From assembly GCA_905178155.1 (NCBI GenBank), contig CAJINV010000001.1, forward strand, positions 3,339,675 to 3,403,674: DNA of 64,000 nt, in the 5' to 3' direction. Position 1 is the first letter of the stretch; each line of letters starts with the position of its first letter. The translations under genes and the position numbers were made by a program. This DNA is from Amoebophrya sp. A120 (taxonomy: Eukaryota; Protista; Dinoflagellata). Below, in pieces: positions 36,901-48,900 of this stretch. Under the pieces are notes generated by a model. It did no database searches and had not been told where the DNA came from. It saw only the letters and a program-made list of their open reading frames with translations.

Positions 36901-39900
36901 TACAATTGCGATGTTGCATGAAAGTTGTCCGAAATGAGAAAGGCCAGACCACTTCATCAAAGAAAATAACCGACGACACTTTCATTTTCTGTGACATAGA
37001 AAAATAGCATCAAATACCGAGCGAGCTAATGAAGTTTTGCAAACTCCGCTGAATATCCCCGCCGCCCGCGCCGTGGTCCAGCCTGATCACGTGCGTTCCT
37101 GGTGGAAGGCCTGCGCTTCCAGCCATGGCTGCGGCCTGTTGGTCCCGCTGTTGCCGAAGTTGCGCCGCGTACTGTTCCCGCTGGGCGCGATCGCGCTCCC
37201 TTCTGGCTTGTTCGTTGGCCATTTGCTGCGCGCGGCGCTCGCGGATCACGTACGCTTCGGCGCGCAGGTCCGCGGGGAGCGACTGCAAAATACTGTCGTC
37301 CGCCTCGGCAAGAATTCCTTGTCTCGTCTCCGGGTCTAGCGTGGCAAAAAACGTCGCGTTGTCAATTTCCGCACTCTGTCCTCCCTGCCCGCCCTCATCT
37401 CCCGGTCCGGCGGCCGCGCGCTCCAGCATACGCCGCACCTCCCGACGCAGGTCGGGCGGCAGCTGCGGCAAGGCGCCCGTGACCTCCGCGCTATCTGGCG
37501 CCGGTAAAGGTCGTGCCGTGTCGTCCACCCCGTTGCGCAGCACGCTGCAGCCACCAATGCCCTCGATCGCGCCCGCCATCTGCTCGCCCTGCATATCTTC
37601 CGGTAAAGCCATCAAAAACTCCGCATCGATGCTAGTCACATTGAGAATCTGCCTCTGTGTCAAGTTCAGACACGTCACCAGCGCTCGCAAGGGCGGTAGC
37701 GCGTAGTCCAGATCGGGTTCCTCCGGCTCCGCAGCGGCCGGCGCGGCGGCGGCGGCGGCTGCATCTGAACCAGCATTTTCTGCCGCTGCCTCACCGGCCG
37801 TACCTGCATCTGCGACAGCGGATGCTGATTCTACATTTCCGTTGTTTTCCGCACTTGTTCCTGCGGGTTCAGCAGCTGCGGCAATATCTGGTGCGGAAGA
37901 ACCTTCCACTGATACCAGCGTCGCGTCTTCCATGACGGCGTCGCCGCTGGTGTCGTTGTTGTTTTCCGCGGCGGCCGCCACGGAGGTCTCTGCTTCGGCT
38001 TCCTGGGCAGGTGCCGCTACGGATGCTGCCGAAGGCTCTGCTTGCTGTGGTGCCGCGGGAGCAGCAGCGGCATTGTCCGGCGCGGATGCCGAAGCCTCGT
38101 CGGCGGGAGGAACTACAACTTCGACTTCCATCTGCGGCGACACACTAACTTCCTGCGCGAGGACAGGAGCGTCACTACTCGCTGGAACTACAGGCGGGTC
38201 CGCGAGCAGCGGAGTATCTTCCTCCATCGCAACAGGCTGATCTTCTTGTTGATCGGTGCTGTTTGCAACTGCTGCTGAGGATGCTGACGCGGCGGGCGCA
38301 ACCGCCTCAGCCGTAGGTGCCGGAGCTGGTGCGAAAGCAGCTGCGGGGGGACCTTCGATCACGACTGTTTCCCGGAATAACACGGCAGCCGCGGGCTCCA
38401 CTTCCATCGCAGTCGCGGCATCCGCTTCCGCTCGCGCGGCTGCCGCGTCTGCTGCTGCGCCAACGGAGTCGATGGCCTGCCGCAGTCGGTCGACTTCGGC
38501 TTGCAGCTCGGGCAAGCCCGCCTCGCGGGCTGATCGCTCCAGCACCGCCACCTCGGCCTGAAGCGCTGCTCTCTGCGTCTGCGTCATCCCCGCGTTCGGA
38601 TTGTCGCGCACTGGACGAGCATTATTCGTCGCACTGCTGCTGCTGTCGCCGAGCCCCATCTCTACCGCCTGGTCCAGGGCGCGGTCCATCAAAGACTCTG
38701 CGCCCGGGCTGATGGCCGTTTGCTCGGGTTGCGCGGGCGCGTCCGTCACCATCTCGTCTATCAGGTTGTACACCGCAACGCTGCCCAAGTGTTGCAATCT
38801 CCCCTGGCGATCCAATTGCCGGCTGTTCGTGCGCGATTCGTAGATCGGGATTGGATTGGCAGCACTGGCGGCAGCTGTTATGTGAGTGATTCGCCCTTTC
38901 TTTGGTTGAAGTAGAGAAACTGCAAGTGACTTTGTAATGAAAAATAAGGAAATTTTAAGTGTGTGCAAAATTTTGTTTGAAAAGACGATACAAACTACTC
39001 AGGGAGTCGTACGAAATTAAAGCGACTTTGAGGACCATCCATTTTTCAGTTTGTTTTGCGATTCGAATGTTTTTGGTGCCGATCCGCATGACGTCTACAT
39101 GGTCGGAGCGTCAGATCTGGCACACGAATCGAAAGGAAGCCTTCGGAGTGAAGGACACGTTCCGTGTAGGATGGAATACAATTGCAAGCATACTGTAAAT
39201 TTACGCGCTTTGTCAGAAAAGACGATACAAACTACCAAGAGGCTCCACAAAAACGAGGAGCATTAGGACATCCACTTTTCCATTTGTTCTGCGATTCGCT
39301 TGAAGCAAAGCTCCTAGATCAAAGAAAGTCCATTTCAAAGCCCTGGAGCTGTTAGGGGACTACGGGCGAACCGCTGACCTAGCGCCAACAGACCCAAGGC
39401 GGGACGATCGATCACAGGAAAGCAAATCGAAATCGTTAATCACTTTATTGCAGAACGGGCATATCTTATACCACTGGTTGTACTTCAAAGTAGAAAGTGT
39501 TAGAAAAGACGATACAAACTACCAAGAGGCCCCACAAAAACAAGGAGCATTAGGACATCCGCTTTTCCATTTGTTCTGCGATTCGCGCTGACCAAAGCTC
39601 CCGGATCAAAAAAAGCCCACTTCGAAGCCCTGGAGCTGTTAGGGGACTACGGGCTAACCGCTGTCCTAGCGCCAACAGACCCAAAGGCGGGACGATCGAT
39701 CACAGGAAAACAAATCGAAATCGTTAATCTCTCTATTCTTGCAGAACGGGCATTTCTTATACTGCTTGTACTTCGAAATAGAAAGTGTTCGAAAAGACGA
39801 TACAAACTACCGGGATAAGGCCATGATGAAAGGGCACATACCGGGACATCCATTTTTCGAGATCATTTTGCGGTCTTTGTTTATAGATTTGCTACAGATC

Positions 39901-42900
39901 AGATGCCGTTCATGAAGTAAGAAAAACGGCAGATCGCGAGCAAAGGACCGGAATTATAGAAAACTATTCATAGTACTCATGCGCTAACTTTCAATTTAGA
40001 ATTTGGCATCATCAAGTAAGTTGGAGGCTGCTATAAGTCTGTAAAGCGAACAACAATTCGAACAAAAAGCACTCTACTATACATGTTCTGTTCGATCGCT
40101 CCGGTGGATGCAGGCTGTAGATGTCCGCGGGCAAACCCAACTCCTCTGCCGTCAATATTGCTGGCGGCTGGATGGGCTGATAGCTGTGCATCACGTAGTT
40201 CCCGGGCAGCTGTGCGGGAATCCCCTCGCTCATGAAGTAAAACCGGTCTTCGCCGTCCGTCAAAAGCTCTATTGTGAGGAAAAATCCCCCCTCCCCATAT
40301 TGAAAGCGCATCCTTCTGAAAATCTGTGATGCGGATTGGCGACCACAAATCCTGCCTGTCTTGCATGCAGGCAGATCCAGAGAATCCGCCGCATTATGCA
40401 GGCGGTTTGTGATGTTGTTGGGCCTACACCATCGACGTTTTTCATGCTAGGAGCCTACGCCAAAACATCGCGGCTCAGGCTTGGCATATGCCTGCAGTCC
40501 TCTACGGCAAGACAAATCTGATTTGTGTACTGAAATCCAGCATCAGAAACTTCTTTTTGATATGGGGTGGGGGGATTTTTCCTTTTGATAAGCTCGGAAA
40601 TTTGTTCGTTGTAGCAGAACGGCCCGCTCGTGCTACTCACGTAAACCGTCGACTGCCACTATCATTTGTAAAAACGTCCCCACCCCATTGTCAAGTTGGG
40701 AAATCTGCAAGACAAATCGGCAAGCGTTGGCTGCTGCGCATGACAAGTTTGGCTTCGTAATGTAGTCCTGTGTAGCTAGGTCAGCAGCATCACAGACCTC
40801 GCATATCATGCTGATTTAAGCATGACAAATTCCGAAATGCGACTGGAAAATGCTTCTCATGGGGATCCGCACGAGAGACATTTTCACCATGCTGATTTGC
40901 ATGACAACTATGGGGTGGGGACGTTTTTACTCAGAATAGCCACGAGGGCAGCGGGAAAAACACGTTATCCCGCCTCACGCAGCCGTGGTCGGTGCTGGAC
41001 ATGGACAAATCCAAAAATCGCGCCAACCTCCGCCTCGCGCGGTAAAATTCCGCGAGGATCGACGTGTGCTCGAAGCAAACCCCGAAGTACGGGTGGATGC
41101 ACTTCTCCTCCAGCTCCGAACTGTACGGCGCGCCGGTCAAAATGTTCGCCAAGGCACCACTGATCAGCTGCTTTTCCTTCTGGTCGCCGGGTTTGCGCGC
41201 GTTTCCGAATGGGTCGTGCGCCCCAGAACCGTGGTCTTTGGACGACCGGTGCCAACCGCTTGCCCCACCCGTCCGGTGGTAGATCGGATTTCCCGCCGCA
41301 TCAAAGGCCACGGGGTAGTGGCCTCGACTTCCACTCGAGTCTACAACCGGCACGCCGCCCGGACCCACCTCCACGAAGGGGTGCTGTGCGCTGCCGCCGC
41401 CGCCCATGAAAACATGTGAGGTTAACGTTCCCACCTCCCGATCCCCGGCGAACTGCTGACTGCCCCCACTTGTCCCGTGCGCGTCGCCCAAATCGTTGAA
41501 CAGGCCGTTCAGAAACTCTTCCCCCTCGCCCATGAACTCCTCATCGTCGTCCGTTTCGGGGCCGAATTCCTCGCCCTCCTCGTCCATGCCCATATCATCC
41601 ATCCCCTCCTCGCCGTCGTACTGCTCGTCGACGACGTCGATGGGCTGTCCATCATCGTCATAGTACTCCTCTTCGTCCTCTTCCTCGAGGATGTCGTCCT
41701 CCTCCTCCTCGTCATCGAGGTCTTCGTCGTGCTCGTCGTGGTCATGATCTCCGTACTCGTCCTGGTCCAAATTCCCCCCGAACATGTTGTGGGCCGCGGA
41801 GGAGGGGCGGTCCATCGAGGCGGACATGTCCACGTTGGCACTGTTGTCGTCGATTTGAACGGAGAAACCGAGCGAATTCTGGTCCACCGAGTCCGCCCGG
41901 TCCAGGAGCGCCATCGCGGGAGCAAAGTCGGCGCCGGACAGGGGTGCGTTTTGCGGGGAGGAATTAGCAGAGGAGTTTGTTGCGTTCATCGGGGTAGACC
42001 GGGCAGTGTTAGTAGTAATTCCACCTTGTTGCGCTCCCGTCGTGAGATGCCCGTTGCCGAGTTGTGCGCCGGTGGAAGATGAAGCCGCTGCCGTGCCGCC
42101 GCTCGCACCTGCTACCCCTTGGCTTTTGTTCAGGTGTTTGCTCGACCTGCCGCCTGGATTACTCGGCAGATTCCGGAGGAGATAGCAGAACTCCGGCTTG
42201 GTAAGATTCTCCAAAGCGGAAAGCACAATGCCGATGTACGTGGTGCAGTGCTTTTCCGGCTTGCGCTTCTGCATCTCGTCGAGCACCTGGCCGAGGTAAC
42301 TGCGCATCGACACATAGGTGTTGACGAAGGTCGCATATTGCTGTTGCAACTGGTTTGTCTGCTGCACAAGCGATTGGAGCTCCGCGTTTTGTTGCTCCGC
42401 AGCTGCCTTGTTGTCCACTTTAGACGATGAAAGAACTTGTTTGCTGCTATTTGTCCCTGCGGTGGCCGCATCCTCCTTTCCGCTCGGAGGCGCAGCTCCT
42501 GCGGTGCTGCCGCTCGTAGCTCCTGCGGCTTCTGCGGTAGAGGTACTAGACTGGGCGGCTTTCTTTTCAGTACCACCATCTTTGTCTTTCTCGGTCTTGG
42601 ATTTCGCTTCCTTCTCCTTCTCTTTTGCCTTCATCGCCTCACTCTCCTTATGCAGCTCGCTCCGCTTCGCCGCTGCTTTCTTCTGCAGCGCAGTCAGCTC
42701 CTTCCGATACGTCCAGGAATTTAAAGACGTGATTTTCGTGACCAGAATGCAGCAGTTCATAATCAGCCGCACGGATTTTCTGTTTGCTTCCTGATAATTC
42801 AGCACATTATCCTTTGTACTACTTTCAGGAGCATTGTTCATCATCATCCCGGTTGTAGACGTTGTGTCGATTTCCATCTTCTGGTGCTGTCGGTTGCTGG

Positions 42901-45900
42901 AATTGTTCACATCATACTTGTTGAACGCCTGGAGGTTTTCTTCAATTTTGTGCACAGGGGATGCACCCGCCGCCTCTTTCGCGGAAGAAGATTCGTTGGA
43001 GGCCAACAAGAAGGGATCCAGCTTCCGGATTTTTGCTGGCGGCGAGCTCGTGCTGGTGTTATTTCCGCGATAGCCGTCTGCTAAATTTGGGTTACTAAGA
43101 TTTGTTCTCGGCCGCAGATCCACTTCTGGGAACAAAAGCGCCGGGTCGGTGTTTTTGAAAACGTTCTGGATCTCCAACAAAAACTTTCTTCTGAACTCCA
43201 CCCCCGACTGGTTTAACACTGCGACCAGCCACCGCATGCACCGGGTCGACTCCGTGAACGTCAAGCAGCACACATCCTCGGATTTCGGGTTTAACGGTCG
43301 GGGGATCTCCTTGATTTCAAACATTAAATCCACGACAGTACACGCAGGAGCGAGCTTCTCCAACAGAAACGTCACAAACGTCGTGTTTGGTTGCAGGTTC
43401 ATCTGCGAAAAGCTGCTGTTCGCGAGGCTCGACGTGATCGCGGATCTAGTATTCTGCGGCAGGTACTTCGAAATACTGCTCCACTTCAACAGCAACGCGG
43501 GCAAAAGCCTCGCCGCGTGGTTCTGCAAGCAGTACCCGACTAGGTAGAGCATGTGGTCCATCCCGAACAGCATCGGGTAGCGCGCGTTGATCACCCGACG
43601 GCGTTTTCTTCTTTCTTTCTCTTTTATTGTCACATTCTCCGCTTCTTCCGCGACCTCCAACTTCTCTTCCTGCAGTAGAGAATCCTGATACACGTCCAAC
43701 TTCACGTACAAATCGTGAATCAGCTGCATCTGCTCCATCAGCGTGCATATCAGCTTCGTTCCGGTGTCATTGCTCCCAGTACTTTTCGATGCGGTGGGGA
43801 ACAAGCCCTGCGACGTCGTGACGAGCAAACTCGAGGAACTTGCGCTGGAAGCGGTTTTCGGCAGTTTGGACGAGCTCGCGCGCTTGCTGTTGCTGTTCTC
43901 GACACTGTTGCTATCTCCCGGCGGTGGTCCCGCGCTCGCGGACAGCTCCATATTCAAATCGGTGTCTTTGTTCACCGAGCTTTCGAGCGCGTTATTTGCT
44001 TCCCCTTTTGTGGTCGTCTCCGGTTGATGCTCTACTTTCTTTCGCAGTTTCAGCTCAAACTTCCTACTTTTCGGGAGATGCAAGTCCTTCGCCTTCAGCG
44101 TGCCCTTCTCGACCTGGCTGCGCATCCGTTGGCAAGTGGCGTTAACCGCTTCGAGAAACGTGTCGAAATCTTTATGAGCCCACTCGTTCACCGTTTCGTT
44201 TTCGAGCAGCGTTTCCAGGAAGATGCTCACGTCGTACTCGGTTAAACTCGTCGCGCCCGACGCGGCGCCGCGCTTCTTTGCCTTGTCCTTGAACAGTTGC
44301 CGGATCGCGTCTTCCAGAATCTCTTTCCTCACCGCCGAGTCGTCCAGAATGTGCTCCAGAATCTGCGCAATGAACCGCAGCCACCCGGGAAACTTGGAGT
44401 TTAGCCTCGTGAACCTCGTGAGCAGCACGTTCAGACCGGACAGACGGACGGTGGTTGGTTGGTCTTGGTTCGCTGCTGGCTTTGGGTGGCGGTCTTTGTC
44501 AACGTCCTTATCGATGCCGTGTTGTAGTAGCTGCGGTTGAACGGTTTCGTAGTCCCGCATGGTGTTAAGCAGGTCCAGAGCGCAACCACTGTCCCGTCCG
44601 GCGAGCGCGTGAATCACTTGCACGACGGGAAAGGCAAACTGCGACTTCAGCCCCGGGTACACAAAGATCGTGTCCAAGCAACAATGCTGTAAGTCAACGA
44701 GCTTTTTCAAATACTTCTCGCCAGGTTTCGTGGACGCTTTTTCCGTCAAAAAGCCCTCCTCGTTGCTGAAGGCGGGTAATTCGAATTTCAAATCCTCCAC
44801 CCTCATTTTCGCATCACTCAGTGGCACCGCGGAAGTGGTGAGCGACGTCGCGGCTTTGTGTTTGCTGAAAAGTTGCACTTTGCCCTCTTCCGACAAGCCC
44901 ACGCGTCGGTCCAGCCCGATCCCGTGGAGCCAGTTCAGCAGTTGCGACTCCTGCTCGCTGTGCCGGTGCAGCGTTCCGCTCTGCAGGGCGAAGAGCGCGG
45001 CGAGCGTGTCCCAGAGAGGGGTTTTTTGATGGGAGACTGCAATCGGCGGGCCCCCGTCCGGACTCTCCACGACGGCGGCGGCGTTCTCCTCCGCGGTTGG
45101 AACCGGCTTGGAACTTGTCGTTTTGCTCCGGTGCTTCTTCGGTTGCTCCCCGCGCGCGCTGCGACTCGGGTCGGCCCGGTGCTCGATCGCGTAATTTGGT
45201 AAAACCGGCCGGCCGGGGGCGTCGTCGGCGTACAGCATCTCCCGCAACGACGCGCTTCTTGCGGCAACTTTCTTGTCCGACTTGTGTCGGGGCGTTTCCG
45301 GCTTCTTATCGCAGCTCTCGTTCAACTCCTGCTGCGCAAGCGCCGCCTTCACCCGCATGGACGCGCGCTGCCCGGCGACGCAAGTGGAGAGCAACGCTTC
45401 CGCGAAGGCTTCGGGGGTGAGATTCCGCTCCTTGATCCCGGTGAGAACCTTGTCCCCGAGAACGTTCCAGTAGTACACGTCCACGTGCTTCCACGCCTCG
45501 TCGACCCGGCTGTTGACGCTGATCTTCTCCCCGCTCGCGGTGGTGAAGGAGGTCGCATCGGATTTGTCGTCGCTTCGGGGCCTTTTCCGGCCCGCGGTTC
45601 GGCTCTCCTCGAGCACATTCAAGTTGGCCAGCGCGAGACTGTATCAAATGTAAAAATGTCTGGGTCTGGAAGAATTCATGTCTGTCATGCTTGTCTGGTA
45701 TGACTCTTAAATCTGTCATGCACGTTACCCAAGAGCTCCGTTTTTCTGTGATGCAAGTAGTAGTAGTGACCATTTCACTCCTGGCGGGTGGGCGTTAGAA
45801 CAGATTTAGCCTCTGCCGATACCTTGGGCGTTAGAACAGATTTAGCCTCTGCCGATACCCCTAGGTGGATACTTGCTCCACGTCCTAGCTACCACCCGGC

Positions 45901-48900
45901 CGCAGCCGCAAAACCGCTATCGATTGCTTACGCGTAATTGCGGCCAGTGGGCGCTACGTGTGGCAGAACCCCCTTACCATCCAAGCCCGCGAGCAAGGTG
46001 GAGCTTCGGTTTGTGTAGCCTTGAAGGGTTAGTCTTACAAACTTGCTCGAGTCTTACTCTTTGGCCGGTTGCGCGCTATTACGTAAACAGGGGGCACATT
46101 GGTCATACTTGCTGACCTTATCACGATGACGGACAACCCCAAAGCGTGCCCCTTTCAAGCACTTTAGCCGACCTGTTTCCACGCACCCTTCTTCTGCGTT
46201 TCCGAAGAATCGGGCCCAAGGGCTCCGCCTACTCGGAGCCGCCATCGCGCCCGCCCCGGGGGGGCCCCTTGGGGAAAGGGGGGTGCTGCCTTAGCGCAGT
46301 CTTTTAAATTAGCAACCCTGTCGCCACTTCTTGTATATGTTTCTTCCTTCTTTCTTAGAAGCTAAGGCCGGATAGCATCGCCAGGCCGCGACTTCGCGGC
46401 CAGCGTTAACGAGATGATGAGCATCGCCGTGCCTTGTGGGCTAGCGGGAACGAGATGATCAGCGTAGGTCGGAGCAGGCGCCATCTTGTTTTAGATTTCT
46501 CTTTCTTCTGTTTCCCTCCTGGTCCCTCCTCCCTCCGCACGCGCCAGAACACCCCCACCCTTCATTTTCGGCTTCGCGAGTAGTTCTCCACTTCGCCTTA
46601 TGCTTTATTATTTTTTTTTATCTAGTCTGCCTCTTTGCTGTTCCTCAATTTCTTGAATTTGCGCACATGCCATTTTTCAGTGTGTTCTATTTTCATGCTC
46701 GTGTCTTCGTGCCTCTTTTTATGCCTCTAGGAGCCTTTGTCTTTATCAAGACCCCTGAACATCCTTGCGAGCTCCTCTTGCAGTGGGGTTTCGTACTTCC
46801 TCTGCCTGCTCCTTTTTCTCTCCTCCTCTCTTTTTCTTTTCTCTTCATTTTCCCGCATCTCCTCCTCCGACATCACTGGGTCGCTTCCCATTAGTTCTGC
46901 CAGTGTCGGGAATTCGTCTGGTTTCGCCTTTTCCTGTTCTCGTTCGCCCTGGTTCCCTGCATCTGTGGCGTCTCTCGTCTCCTCTTCCTTTTTTTTCTTT
47001 TTTAGTGATCCTTCATCCGTTTTCTGGTCCGCATTCAGCAACGCCCGCTTCCTCCTTGCGTCTTCTTTTTTTTCTTCTTCCCCCCATCCTACGCAGCAGC
47101 TGAAGAAGATGCGCGCGGCTTCCTCTGGTCCTCTGTCCCTGTAGTATCCCTGCCCTGCTTGGCCTAATTTGAATACGTATCCGGGCCGCGTGCCTTCGTA
47201 CGTTTCTGCCCTGTAAAAGTCACCCCTCTGGGCGTTTTCGCCATCCGGCTCCCTTTTATTATTTCCCTCCTCGCTTCTTTTGTCTGAGTCTCTGTCGTTC
47301 TTCATTTTTGTACTCTTCTCTTCTTCCTGATTGGGTTCAAGGTCTTCGGCCTCTTTCAATAGCTTGGTCGCCTTTTCGATAATTCCCAGGGCCCTCAGCG
47401 TTACCTCCTCCCCTCCTTGTTTCTTTTTAGAAGCGCAGTTTGTCATGCAGAATAGGCAACACATAGGAGCTCAGAAACTTGTCATGCTGAGCCAGCATTT
47501 GTAGCCTCATCATGAGACGCCACCCAGCATCACAAGTTTCCAGACCCAGACATTTTTACATTTGATAGACTGACATCCGACTCAATGATTGTCTCGCAGC
47601 ATTTTCGGTCGGCTGTGTCTGCTCCTCCGCGGGGGGTCTCCTTCCACAGCCGATTGCTGGTCGAACCAGCTTCTTTTATTGCAGCAGGAGCCGTATTGTT
47701 TTCACTGTCGACCTCCATCGCCGTCGGCTTGTCTTTGTCGTTATTTTCTACTACCGCAGTTGTACTTGGAGCAGTCTGTCCGACGTCCTTGCTCTCCACA
47801 GCGGCACCACTGGAAGTTGTAGCTGCTGCGCCTCCATTTGGAACTACCGCTGCTGGTGCTCCTTCGGCCTTCTCTTTCTCCTCGTTTATTTCCAACTCGG
47901 AAACTTTTTCTCGGATCTTCGCGAGCAGCTCATTCACTTTCAAGGCAACTTTATCCTGTCCCACCGCGCAAGCCGCGTTGTAGGCTTGGAGCGTGTCCTC
48001 GCGCATCTCCAACCCCTGGACCACCCGGTCCATGATCTTGTTTTCCTCAGTCGAGTTGTGAAACCGCACGTTTTTCAGCAGCAACATCCTACGCCCCTTC
48101 ATGTACCGGCCCACGCAGAAGGCACGAATCTGCCCGGGGGACATGCGAGTGTGGTACATCTGTTTTTTATTTTTATCGAGAATTGGTTTCAGATTTTGGT
48201 ATTGGTTTTTCAAAAAAATGATGCTCGAGAAAAATCCTAAAAAAAAAATGATCAAGTACACGTTCACATTCTGTACCTGGATCTGGTGTGTATCCGGGTC
48301 TGCCTCACACAATTTTCCGCACAAATCCCGCGTCTGGTCGGATTTCTGGATTAGCAGGTGGCAACACATCAGCAGCGAGTCCATGTAGCACGGCGGCTGG
48401 AGAACGGCGGTTGTTCTACTACCCGAAGAACTAGAACCCACCGCACCAGCTGCAGTTTCCGGCACACACAGAGTCGACAAAATTTCCAGCTCCGTCTCCT
48501 CCGGCTCGCGGTTTGCCTCGAGCTTGTCGTTCAAATCCGGATAGAGGAACGGGACAAAGGGGTAGGCCGCCTGCAGCTTCTCCACGTCCACCCCAGGCGG
48601 GAAGGTTTTCCCCCGCGCCGGGTGCTTGTTCCCGTACGCCGCGCCGATGGGGGTCTTCCTCAACAGAATCAGGAACAAGCGGAAGAGAAACTGAGGGGCG
48701 CTGTAAAAGCTGAAATTTCTCTTCGGCCCAAACCTTTTGCTCTCATCTGCGTTGTGGTTGTCTTCCAAGTTGTTTTTTGCGGACTCTTCTTCCGCGACAT
48801 CCGGCAAGCCTTCTGTAGGGTCCAACACGTACAACTGGTCACCGTGCATCAAATCCACGCTGGCAAATTTCTGCACGACGCTCCAGTCCCGGAAGAGGAA

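Noticed and set aside
46405-46470. Hammerhead ribozyme around GATGATGAG / GATGATCAG
   Set aside because: The CTGANGA and GAAA core with supporting stems was not found by eye.
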